A stretch of 64,000 bases of DNA from Candidatus Latescibacterota bacterium (GTDB taxonomy: Bacteria; Krumholzibacteriota; Krumholzibacteriia; WVZY01; JAKEHA01). Location of the stretch: assembly GCA_963707635.1 (NCBI GenBank), contig OY970173.1, positions 832,001-896,000 of the forward strand. Direction: 5' to 3'. The position numbers and the translations under genes are program-made. Below the pieces are notes generated by a model. The model was not told where the DNA came from, did not search any database, and saw nothing but the letters and a program-made list of their open reading frames with translations. Positions 34,501 to 42,768 of the stretch are shown in pieces. The first letter of the stretch is position 1. Every line of letters begins with the position of its first letter.

Positions 34501-35406
34501 ATGAAATTCGAGGAAATCACTCAACGTGCACGACGGCTTTCGACGTCGTTTCGCGTCTCCAACGGGGCGCGGTTTCATCTGCGCGACTTCGATCCCGGCG
34601 ACACCCAGCATTTCGGTTCCGCGGATAAGCCGCGCGCCAGGGAAGCGCTCCAGATGGGCATCGAGGTGCTCGCCGAGCTGCAGGATCGTCTCTACGCCCA
34701 GAACCGCTGGTCGCTGCTCCTCATCTTTCAGGCGATGGACGCCGCCGGCAAGGACAGCGCGATCAAGCACGTGATGAGCGGCGTCAATCCGCAGGGCTGC
34801 CAGGTGGCGTCGTTCAAGGTTCCCTCCGAGGAAGAGCTGGACCACGACTTTCTGTGGCGCTGCCAGCGGCACCTCCCGGAGCGCGGGCGGATCGGAATCT
34901 TCAACCGTTCCTACTACGAAGAAGTCCTGGTGGTGCGCGTGCACCCGGAGCTGCTCGCGAAGCAGCGAGTCCCTGCGGAACTCGTCGGCCCGAACATCTG
35001 GAAGCAACGCTATCGGGACATTCGCGGCTTCGAGCGCTATCTGGGCCGCAACGGAACCCTGGTCCGGAAGATCTTTCTCCACGTGTCGCGGAGGGAGCAG
35101 AAACGTCGCTTTCTGGAGCGGCTTGCCAACCCGGAGAAGAACTGGAAGTTCTCGGTCGACGACACGAGGGAGCGCACGTTCTGGAAGGACTACATGCGCG
35201 CGTACGAGACGATGATTCGCGAGACGGCGACGAAGGCGGCGCCCTGGTACGTCGTGCCCGCGGACAACAAGTGGTTCACGCGCATCGTGGTGATGGCCGC
35301 GGCGGTCGACTCGCTCGCGGCCCTGGACCTGCGCTACCCGAAGGTCACCCGCGACAAGCTGAAGGATTTCGCCGCGGCGAAACGGGCGCTGCTCGCGGAG
35401 AAGTAG
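34501..35406 (+). CDS. ppk2: Polyphosphate kinase 2 family protein
   Basis: 'QAMDAAGKD', 'HDFLWR', 'FNRSYYE', 'APWYVVPADNKW'. Confidence 0.93.
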   Translation: MKFEEITQRARRLSTSFRVSNGARFHLRDFDPGDTQHFGSADKPRAREALQMGIEVLAELQDRLYAQNRWSLLLIFQAMDAAGKDSAIKHVMSGVNPQGCQVASFKVPSEEELDHDFLWRCQRHLPERGRIGIFNRSYYEEVLVVRVHPELLAKQRVPAELVGPNIWKQRYRDIRGFERYLGRNGTLVRKIFLHVSRREQKRRFLERLANPEKNWKFSVDDTRERTFWKDYMRAYETMIRETATKAAPWYVVPADNKWFTRIVVMAAAVDSLAALDLRYPKVTRDKLKDFAAAKRALLAEK

Positions 35407-37134
35407 GTGGCGCGGACTCGCCGCCTGCCGACATCGCCTTCGGTCACGCCCGTCTGTGAGGGCTTCCTGATCGACGTCGGACCCCGCGGGGCGAGCCCGG
35501 CCCGGCGACTCGCCCTCGCGAAACGGGTCGCGCGCCGCACGCTCCCCGGCTCGTGGCGGGTCGAGCCGCTTTCGAAACACAGCGCGTTCTTCGAGGTCAC
35601 GCGCCGCGCGCGCGCGAAAACCGTCGCCCTCTCGACCGCCTGGAATCTCGTCCACGCGCTTAAAACCGACCGCGACGTTCGCTCGGCCGAACCCGCCCTC
35701 ACCCTGCAGGGAATCGAACCGCACCCCGCGCACCGGCGGGAGCAGCTCACCGCGCGGGAATCGGCGAGGGCGAAATCGTCCGGCGCCGAAACGAACAAGT
35801 CCGGCTCCGCCGATCCCGACTGGAGCATCCGCAGGGCCGGCATCGACCGCGCGTGGAAACTGCAGCCCGCGCACGGCAAGCGCTTCGGCGAAGGCGTCGT
35901 GGTCGGGCATCCCGACACCGGGTATACGCTCCACCCGGAAATCTGGAACAACCCGGGCGGCTGGCAGCGCGTGCGCTGGCAGACGGGTTACGACTTCGTC
36001 GACGACAAACCCTACCCGGTGGATCCGCTGGTCGATCCGCACCCCTCGCACGGCACCAAGACGGCGAGTGTGATCATGAGCGACGCCGGCGCCGGTCCCG
36101 GGGCGAGCCAGTGGGTGTCCGGCGCCGCGCCGCGAGCGCTCCTCATTCCGTATCGCGTCATCAAGAGTGTGGTCGTGTTCAACTTCGCCGGCGTGGCGAA
36201 GGCGATCTTCCGCGCCGTCGACAACGGCTGCCACCTGATCTCGATGAGCCTGGGCGGCCCGTTGCACAGCCAGGCGCTCGAGGACGCGGTTCGCCACGCG
36301 GTCGCGCGCGACGTGATCGTGCTGGCGGCGGCGGGAAACGTGTGGCCATTCGTCGTCTATCCCGCGAAGCTCGAACAGGTGATCGCGGTGGCGGCGACGC
36401 ATTGCGACGACGGGCCGTGGAAACGGTCCGCGCACGGGGACGCGGTCGACGTGTCCGCGCCCGGCGAGTCGGTCTGGCGCGCGGAGACCCTCGATGCGCC
36501 GGCGCGGTATGCGCTGGGCCGCGGCACCGGCACATCGTTCGCGGTGGCGACGGCGGCGGGAGTCACCGCGTTGTGGCTTGCCTACCACGGACGCGACCGG
36601 CTGATATGGCGCTTCGGCGCCGGCAACCTCGCGAGCGTTTACCGCGAGCTGCTCGTCACGCGCGGGGTGCGCCGCCCGGCGGGCTGGGACACGGACGACT
36701 ACGGCGCGGGGATCATCGACGCGGAAAAATTGTTGAAGGCCGCCCTCCCGGACACCGCGCCGGCCGCCGCCGCGGGTGGCCCGAAACGAAAGGCCCGCCG
36801 GACACGCGCGGGGGTGGTGTCCGACATCTCCGACTTCTTTCCCGGGATGTCGCCGTCCCGCGTTCGTGCCGCCCTCGCGAAAGAACTCCGCGCGCGGGAC
36901 GACGAGCTGGACTCGCTCCTGGCCGAGATGGGCGACGAAGTCGTGTTCCACATCGCGACCGACGCGGCGTTTCGCGAAGCGCTCCAGGAGCGGGCCGCGG
37001 GAGCCGGGTTGCGACCCGTGTCGCGCCGCGGGGCGAAGGGACGGAAGGAGGCGCGGGTGCGGCGCGCGCCGCGCAGGCGCAACCAGGTGGCGAAGCGTGC
37101 GTCGCATGCCTTGAGAAAGCGCATGGGCCTCTAA
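35407..37134 (+). CDS. S8 (subtilisin-like) serine peptidase, no signal peptide, basic C-terminal tail
   Basis: Triad motifs 'PDTG', 'HGT', 'GTSFA' and oxyanion motif 'AAAGN'. Confidence 0.9.
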   Translation: MARTRRLPTSPSVTPVCEGFLIDVGPRGASPARRLALAKRVARRTLPGSWRVEPLSKHSAFFEVTRRARAKTVALSTAWNLVHALKTDRDVRSAEPALTLQGIEPHPAHRREQLTARESARAKSSGAETNKSGSADPDWSIRRAGIDRAWKLQPAHGKRFGEGVVVGHPDTGYTLHPEIWNNPGGWQRVRWQTGYDFVDDKPYPVDPLVDPHPSHGTKTASVIMSDAGAGPGASQWVSGAAPRALLIPYRVIKSVVVFNFAGVAKAIFRAVDNGCHLISMSLGGPLHSQALEDAVRHAVARDVIVLAAAGNVWPFVVYPAKLEQVIAVAATHCDDGPWKRSAHGDAVDVSAPGESVWRAETLDAPARYALGRGTGTSFAVATAAGVTALWLAYHGRDRLIWRFGAGNLASVYRELLVTRGVRRPAGWDTDDYGAGIIDAEKLLKAALPDTAPAAAAGGPKRKARRTRAGVVSDISDFFPGMSPSRVRAALAKELRARDDELDSLLAEMGDEVVFHIATDAAFREALQERAAGAGLRPVSRRGAKGRKEARVRRAPRRRNQVAKRASHALRKRMGL

Positions 37135-37153
37135 CCGAACGGGGAGCAAGAGC

Positions 37154-38735
37154 ATGGAACGATCCAGGAAGGTCATCGTCACCAACCGCGCGGCGCTCCA
37201 GCGTAAGCACGGCACGGCCGGCATGAAGAAGATCGAGGCGGCGCTCGGAAGGCTTTCGCGCGCCGACGCGAAGCGCGGCGTCGCCACCCGGTGCATCGCG
37301 ATCGATCGCGCTGCCGACATGGCACCATTCGGCGGCCGCGTCACCAATCGAAAAGACGCGCGCCAGGCCAAGCGCGCCGTCGACGCGATCTGCCGCGCGC
37401 TGAAACCCGACTACGTCATGATCCTCGGAGCGCCCGACGTGATTCCGCACGTACGGCTCAAGAATCCCGATGGCCGCCAGCCGGGACAGCGATCGCCGGA
37501 TCGACAGCGATCTCCCGTACGCGTGCGACGCGCGATACAGCACGACCATCAACGATTTCCTGGGACCCACGCGCGTCGTGGGCCGGCTTCCGGACGTGAT
37601 GGGCGCGGGCAACACGGAGCACCTGGTTCGTCTGCTCGACACGGCGCGGACCTGGAAGAGCCGGCCGCGCTCGGACTACGGCGACTATTTTTCGCTCAGC
37701 ACGGCCTCGTGGCGACGCTCCACCCAGACGACGACACGCAAGCTGTTTGGAAACGACGAGTGGGTCCGGCTCTCACCCAGCGAGGGACCCTACTGGACGG
37801 CCGGCGACCTGGAGGGCCGCGTGCACCTGATCAACTGTCACGGCGACACGGCCGACCCGCAGTTCTATGGAGAGGACGAGGTCGACCCGGACGACCAGCC
37901 GAGCGCGCACATGGCCGTGCACCTGCCGGGAAGGATCGAGCCGGCGACGGTGGTGGCGGCGGAATGCTGCTACGGCGCCGAAATGTACGAACCCATCGCC
38001 GGACGCTCGCTCGGCATCTGCCAGACCTACCTCGGCGAGGGCGCGTGGGCGTTCTTCGGCAGCACGACCGTCGCCTACGGGCCGGCGGAAGGAAACAACT
38101 TCGCGGACCTGATCTGCGGCAGCTTCCTGCGCGAAGTGCTCGCCGGGGCGTCGGTCGGACGCGCGGCGCTGGAGGCGCGCCAGAAGTACATCCGGCTCGG
38201 CGGTTACATGGAAATGGTCGACCTGAAGACCATCGCGCAGTTCCTTCTCCTCGGCGACCCTTCGATCCACCCCGTGCGGGCGACGGCCCGCGCCGGTCGC
38301 GCGGCGGAAAAGACCGCTCGCGCCGTCGGCGCCCGCCGCATGCGCCGCAAACGGCTCGCGCGTTCTGGCACCCGGCTCGGAAGAACGACTGCGTTCGTGG
38401 CCTCACGCGCCGACGCGAGAACGCCGCGCCGCCTCCGGAGCAGGCTATGCAGGCTGGCCGCCGCGTGCGACGCGAGCGCGCAGGCGATCGAAAGCTTCAA
38501 GCTGCACGCACCCGCAGAGCGGGTCCAGGCCCGGGAAGGGCGCCAACTGGTCGCGCGACACGCGGTGTTCCATGTTATCGTTCTCAAGGAGAAAGAACGC
38601 CGTTCCGCACCCGCCAGACGCCTCGCGGCGCGGCGGACGGCAGACGGCGACCGCCGCCCGCAAGTCCAACGCCTGCTCGTGGTGCGCGAAGTGGGCGGCG
38701 TGATCAAGCGCGTCGTCGAAGCGGTGCGCCATTGA
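37154..38735 (+). CDS. C25 (gingipain-like, clan CD) cysteine peptidase; frameshift near 37467
   Basis: 'YVMILG..DVIP', 'SDLPY', 'VGRLP', 'NCHG', 'ECCYG', 'LLGDP'. Removing one C at 37466-68 joins ORFs 37154 and 37470..38735. Confidence 0.75.
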
Positions 38736-38757
38736 TGCCCACCGCAGCCGAGGCAAC

Positions 38758-39006
38758 GTGACCGACAGCGAACGCGAGAAGCGATACACCGGAGACGTCG
38801 TCAAGAAGCCCTTTGCGACCGGCTCGAAGAGCGAACGCAACGCCGTGATGCTCTCGACCCGGTGGGGCGACTTCGTGCTGCGGCGCATGGACGCCCACGC
38901 GCTCGTCGACCCCGAGCTGGACAAGCTGGTCGGAAAGCGGATTCGCGTGCTCGGCATCGTCCACCGCCACACGCTCACGATCCTGGAGTGGGAGGAAGTC
39001 CGCTAG
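38758..39006 (+). CDS. Small hypothetical protein (GSKSE motif, OB-fold-like)
   Basis: GAGG RBS before GTG; 82 aa; 'LVGKRIRVLG'. Confidence 0.7.
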   Translation: MTDSEREKRYTGDVVKKPFATGSKSERNAVMLSTRWGDFVLRRMDAHALVDPELDKLVGKRIRVLGIVHRHTLTILEWEEVR

Positions 39007-39034
39007 AGTCGCTACCGTGTGCTATGATTCGGGC

Positions 39035-39562
39035 ATGATCACACCCGAATCCATCCAAAGAATCAAGAGCGCCTTCGAGCGAAATGGCCGCGCCATCGAG
39101 CTGCGGCCGACGCTGGGGCAGAAGACGGCCGTCACCAAGGCGCGGGTCGTCGACGGCGTCCGGTGCGAGACGGAAGAGGGGCGCTGGAAGCTCACCATTG
39201 ATGCGAGCGAGAAATCCGGCGGCACCGGGGCGGGCCCGGACCCGGGCTTCGTCGTGCGCTCGGCGCTGGCGGCGTGCTTCGCGATGGGGTATGTGACCTG
39301 GGCCGCGCACCTGGACGTGCCGATTTCGAACGTGGAGGTGGAGCTCCAGGCCGACTTCGACGCGCGCGGGCAGCACGGCATGGGCGACATTCCCGCGGGT
39401 TACAGCGAGATTCGCTACCTGGTTCGCGTCGAGTCCACGGCGCCGGAAAGCGACATTCAGCGCGTCGCCGAGGCCGCCGATCGCGCCAGCATGGTGGGCG
39501 ACGTCTTCGCGCGCGCCCACCGGCTCGTGCGGCAGCTCGTCGTTTCCCGCCCGGCCGCATAG
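39035..39562 (+). CDS. OsmC/Ohr-like family protein
   Basis: 'GG.GAGPDPG..ALAAC', 'VELQADFD.RG'. Confidence 0.8.
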   Translation: MITPESIQRIKSAFERNGRAIELRPTLGQKTAVTKARVVDGVRCETEEGRWKLTIDASEKSGGTGAGPDPGFVVRSALAACFAMGYVTWAAHLDVPISNVEVELQADFDARGQHGMGDIPAGYSEIRYLVRVESTAPESDIQRVAEAADRASMVGDVFARAHRLVRQLVVSRPAA

Positions 39563-39564
39563 TG

Positions 39565-40385
39565 ATGGACCAGCGCCTCCAGCAACGCGTTCAGCGCTAC
39601 GGCTGGGACCGAGCCGCTTCCTATTATGAGAGAAGCTGGCAGCGCCAGCTCGCTCCCGCCCAGGACCTGCTGATGGAACTGGCCGCACTCGCGCCGGGGG
39701 AGCGCGTGCTCGACCTCGCCTGCGGCACCGGGCTGGTCACGTTTCGCGCCGGGGCCGCGGTGGCCCCCGCGGGCAGCGTCGTGGGCACGGATATTTCGGA
39801 CGCGATGATCGAACAGTGCCGGACCGCGGCGGCGCATCGTGGCGTCGCGAACGTCACCTTCGAGCGCATGGCGGCCGAGCAGCTCGCGCTTCCCGACGCG
39901 TCGTTCGACGCTGTTCTGTGCGCGCTCGGCATGATGTACGTCGTTGATTTCGAGGGATCGATCCGCGAAATGTTCCGCGTCACTAGACCCGGCGGCCGGG
40001 CGGTGTCCGCGGTGTGGGGGCGCCGCGACCGCTGCGGCTGGGCGCCGATCTTCGAGATCGTGGAGCGCCGCGTCCAGAGCGACGTGTGCCCGATGTTCTT
40101 CCAGCTGGGAACCGGCGACATGCAGAAGCGTTGTTCGAAACGACGGGGTTCGTGAACGCGCGCAGCGAGCGCATCGATGCCACCCTGGAATACGACACCG
40201 GCGAGGAAGCGTGTGTCGCCGCCTTCGCGGGTGGGCCGGTCGCGATGGCGTACTCGCGCTTCGACGAACCGACGCGCGCGAGCGCGCATGCGGAGTACCT
40301 GGAGTCGATCGCGGCCTACCGGCGCGGCGAGCGCTACGAGATCCCCGGCGAGTACGTGGTGACGATCGGATCCCGGGCGGAGTGA
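39565..40385 (+). CDS. Class I SAM-dependent methyltransferase; frameshift near 40127
   Basis: 'VLDLACGTG', 'GTDIS', 'PDASFD', 'RPGG'; C-terminus continues in the frame of ORF 40014..40385. Confidence 0.85.
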
Positions 40386-40510
40386 AGACGGTGCATTCCC
40401 TCCGTCCGTGCGCCGGAGCCGGTGCACTCCCTCGGTCGCCGTCCTCCCGCGCACAATGTTGAAATGCGCGACTGCGGATTGGCTTCGAGGGAGTGCACCG
40501 TCTCCTGCGG

Positions 40511-40834
40511 CTATATTTCTGTCGTGTCCGGCTTCTTCGACTTCTTGAGAATCGCGCGCAGCGTCTTGTCGGCGTCGAGGTGGGCGAGCAGGAGCGCCAC
40601 CTCGTCCCCGTTCAGGTAGATGCCGTGGCAGGTCCGGCACACTTCGTAGTGGATCCCCATCGTCCGGTTGACGAACATGTCGCCGCCGCACTTCGGGCAC
40701 AGGAGCCAGTAGTGCGCCCAGAGCATCTTCTTGCGCTGCTTCGCGCGTTTGGTGTCCAGGCGCGCCCGCGCCCGGGCAAAGTCGGGCGCGGCAGCTCGAG
40801 GCTTGCGTCGGGATGGTTTTCGGGCAGCGGCCAT
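40511..40834 (-). CDS. Small zinc-ribbon (zf-TFIIB-like) protein
   Basis: 'CPKCG...C..CHGIYL..DE'. Confidence 0.75.
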   Translation of the reverse strand: MAAARKPSRRKPRAAAPDFARARARLDTKRAKQRKKMLWAHYWLLCPKCGGDMFVNRTMGIHYEVCRTCHGIYLNGDEVALLLAHLDADKTLRAILKKSKKPDTTEI

Positions 40835-40890
40835 GGTGTATGATGAGGCTACCGCGGTAGTCTTGCACGGTCGCCCGAAAACGTCAACGC

Positions 40891-41589
40891 ATGGTGAAGC
40901 CAGCGCAGTCATCGCAGCCCCGCGGCGCCGCCACGTCGCCGGCGCGAATTGCCCGCGTGCTCGACGGCATGCGCGCCGCGACCGCATCCGGGAAACTCCC
41001 GTCGGTGTCGGAGATCGCGCGGCGCGACCGCGACCCGTTCCGTATCCTCGTCTCCACCCTGCTCAGCCTGCGCACCAAGGACGACGTCACGGAAGCCGCC
41101 TCGGCGCGTCTGTTCGCGCTCGCCGATACGCCGCGCGCGCTCTCGCGCCTGGCCACCCGGACTATTGCGCGCGCGATCTACCCGGTTGGATTCTATCGCA
41201 CCAAGGCGCGCACGGTTCGCGACGTCTCCCGTCGTCTCGACGAGGAGTATGGCGGTGTGGTTCCGGATAGCATCGATGAACTGCTGGCGTTCAAGGGGGT
41301 GGGCCGCAAGACGGCGGCGCTCGTGGTTTCCCTCGGATTCGGCAAGCACGCGATCTGCGTCGACACGCACGTGCATCGCATTTCCAACCGCCTCGGGTGG
41401 ATCGCCACCCGCACGCCGGCGGAGACCGAGCAGGCGCTGATGCGCGTGCTTCCGCGCACGCGATGGATCGCCGTCAACGAGATCATAGTGGCATTCGGGC
41501 AGCGCGTGTGCACGCCGCTCTCGCCCCATTGCTCGACCTGCCCGGTCGCGGCGCACTGTCGCCGCGTCGGCGTGGAACGCCATCGCTAG
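40891..41589 (+). CDS. nth: Endonuclease III
   Basis: HhH 'GVGRKTA', 'VDTH', Fe-S motif C-X6-C-X2-C-X5-C. Confidence 0.93.
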   Translation: MVKPAQSSQPRGAATSPARIARVLDGMRAATASGKLPSVSEIARRDRDPFRILVSTLLSLRTKDDVTEAASARLFALADTPRALSRLATRTIARAIYPVGFYRTKARTVRDVSRRLDEEYGGVVPDSIDELLAFKGVGRKTAALVVSLGFGKHAICVDTHVHRISNRLGWIATRTPAETEQALMRVLPRTRWIAVNEIIVAFGQRVCTPLSPHCSTCPVAAHCRRVGVERHR

Positions 41590-41662
41590 CGGGCGCGCCG
41601 GGTTGCGCCCGCCCGGGGGCTCTGCTATGATGCCCGCCTCAAACGCGAAAGGAACTCCCGGC

Positions 41663-42658
41663 ATGAAGAAACGTGTGTGCGTCGCGGTCGCCCTCACGGC
41701 GGCGGTGGCGCTCGGGCTCGGCGCCTGCTCGAAGAAGAAGGCGGAACGCGCGCAGGCGTTTCCGGACTCGCTGGTCGCGACGGAAGTCGTAGCCATCGTC
41801 AACGGTGACTCCATCTATGCAAAGGATCTGATCGTGCTGGCCTACACGACCACGCCGGCGAGCCAGGATTCGATGAAGAGCCGGTCGTTCAATCTCCTGC
41901 TGCTCGACCAGATGGTGGACCGCAAGCTGTTCGTCCAGGAAGCGCGGGCCGTGGGGACGACGCTTCCGGATTCCGTCATCGATCGCGTCATGGACCAATT
42001 CGTGGGGCAGTTCGGAGGCCCGGAGCGCACCGATCAGGAGCTCGCGAAGGTCGGGTTCACGCGCGCGGACGTGCGGGCGTCGATCCAGCGCGACCTGCTC
42101 ATTCGCGCCTACGTGCAGCAGAACCTCGAACCGACGGTGTCGGTCAACGAGGCGGACGTCCACGCGTATTTCGACCAGAACCCCACCATGTTCGCCGGGC
42201 GGGACAGCGTGCGCGTGCGGCACATCATCCTGCTCGTCAACAAGAGCGATACCGACGATCGCAAGCAGGAGCGCCGCGCGTTTCTCGAGAAGCTCCGCCA
42301 GCGCATTCTGAAGGGCGAGGAGTTCGCGCGGGTCGCGCAGAAGTACTCGGAGGACGGCTCCTCGACCCGGGGTGGAGATCTGGGGTACTTCGCCCGCGGG
42401 TCGATGGTGCCGGAGTTCGAGGACGCCGCGTTTGCGCTGAAGCGGGGCCAGATGAGCGACATCATCGAGACGCGCTTCGGGTATCATCTCATCAAGTGCG
42501 TGGATACGAAGAAGGCGGCGCCTGCGAACTACGACGCGTCGAAAGCAGAAATCGAAGCCATGCTCAAGAATAAGGCGCTGGGCACGGAGCTTCAAAACCG
42601 ATTGAAAAAGAACCGCGAGAACGCGATAATCACGCGCAACTACGACACGGGGGCTTAA
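41663..42658 (+). CDS. PpiC-type peptidyl-prolyl isomerase lipoprotein (PrsA/SurA-like)
   Basis: Lipobox 'LGAC'; 'RHII', 'YSED...GGDLG', 'FEDAAF', 'FGYHLI'. Confidence 0.92.
   Translation: MKKRVCVAVALTAAVALGLGACSKKKAERAQAFPDSLVATEVVAIVNGDSIYAKDLIVLAYTTTPASQDSMKSRSFNLLLLDQMVDRKLFVQEARAVGTTLPDSVIDRVMDQFVGQFGGPERTDQELAKVGFTRADVRASIQRDLLIRAYVQQNLEPTVSVNEADVHAYFDQNPTMFAGRDSVRVRHIILLVNKSDTDDRKQERRAFLEKLRQRILKGEEFARVAQKYSEDGSSTRGGDLGYFARGSMVPEFEDAAFALKRGQMSDIIETRFGYHLIKCVDTKKAAPANYDASKAEIEAMLKNKALGTELQNRLKKNRENAIITRNYDTGA
42602..42630 (+). promoter_or_regulatory. Putative tRNA promoter inside the PPIase CDS (TTGAAA-17-GATAAT)
   Basis: Near-consensus sigma70 elements 18 nt upstream of the tRNA 5' end. 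Confidence 0.5.
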
Positions 42659-42723
42659 CTCAGCGGTAGAGTACTATCTTCACACGGTAGGAGTCACTGG
42701 TTCAAATCCAGTAGCCCCCACCA
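42649..42723 (+). tRNA. tRNA-Val (anticodon CAC)
   Basis: Acceptor stem GGGGGCT/AGCCCCC; anticodon arm CTATC-TTCACAC-GGTAG; T-loop GTTCAAATC; encoded CCA. Confidence 0.97.
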
Positions 42724-42728
42724 TCCAG

Positions 42729-42768
42729 GCGGCCGCGATGCGCACGAGCGTCGCGGCCGCGGTGTTTT
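42729..42768 (+). terminator. Hairpin terminator after tRNA
   Basis: GCGGCCGCGATGC...GCGTCGCGGCCGC followed by GGTGTTTT. Confidence 0.55.

Noticed and set aside
34360..37371. 1003-aa minus-strand ORF (likewise 11012..13825 -, 45966..48959 +, 17993..20344 +, 32687..34495 -)
   Set aside because: Antisense shadows of well-supported genes in high-GC DNA; Arg/Ala/Gly-rich with no motifs
42649..42723. tRNA as an integration site (attL/attR)
   Set aside because: No duplicated tRNA 3' end and no integrase seen in the window
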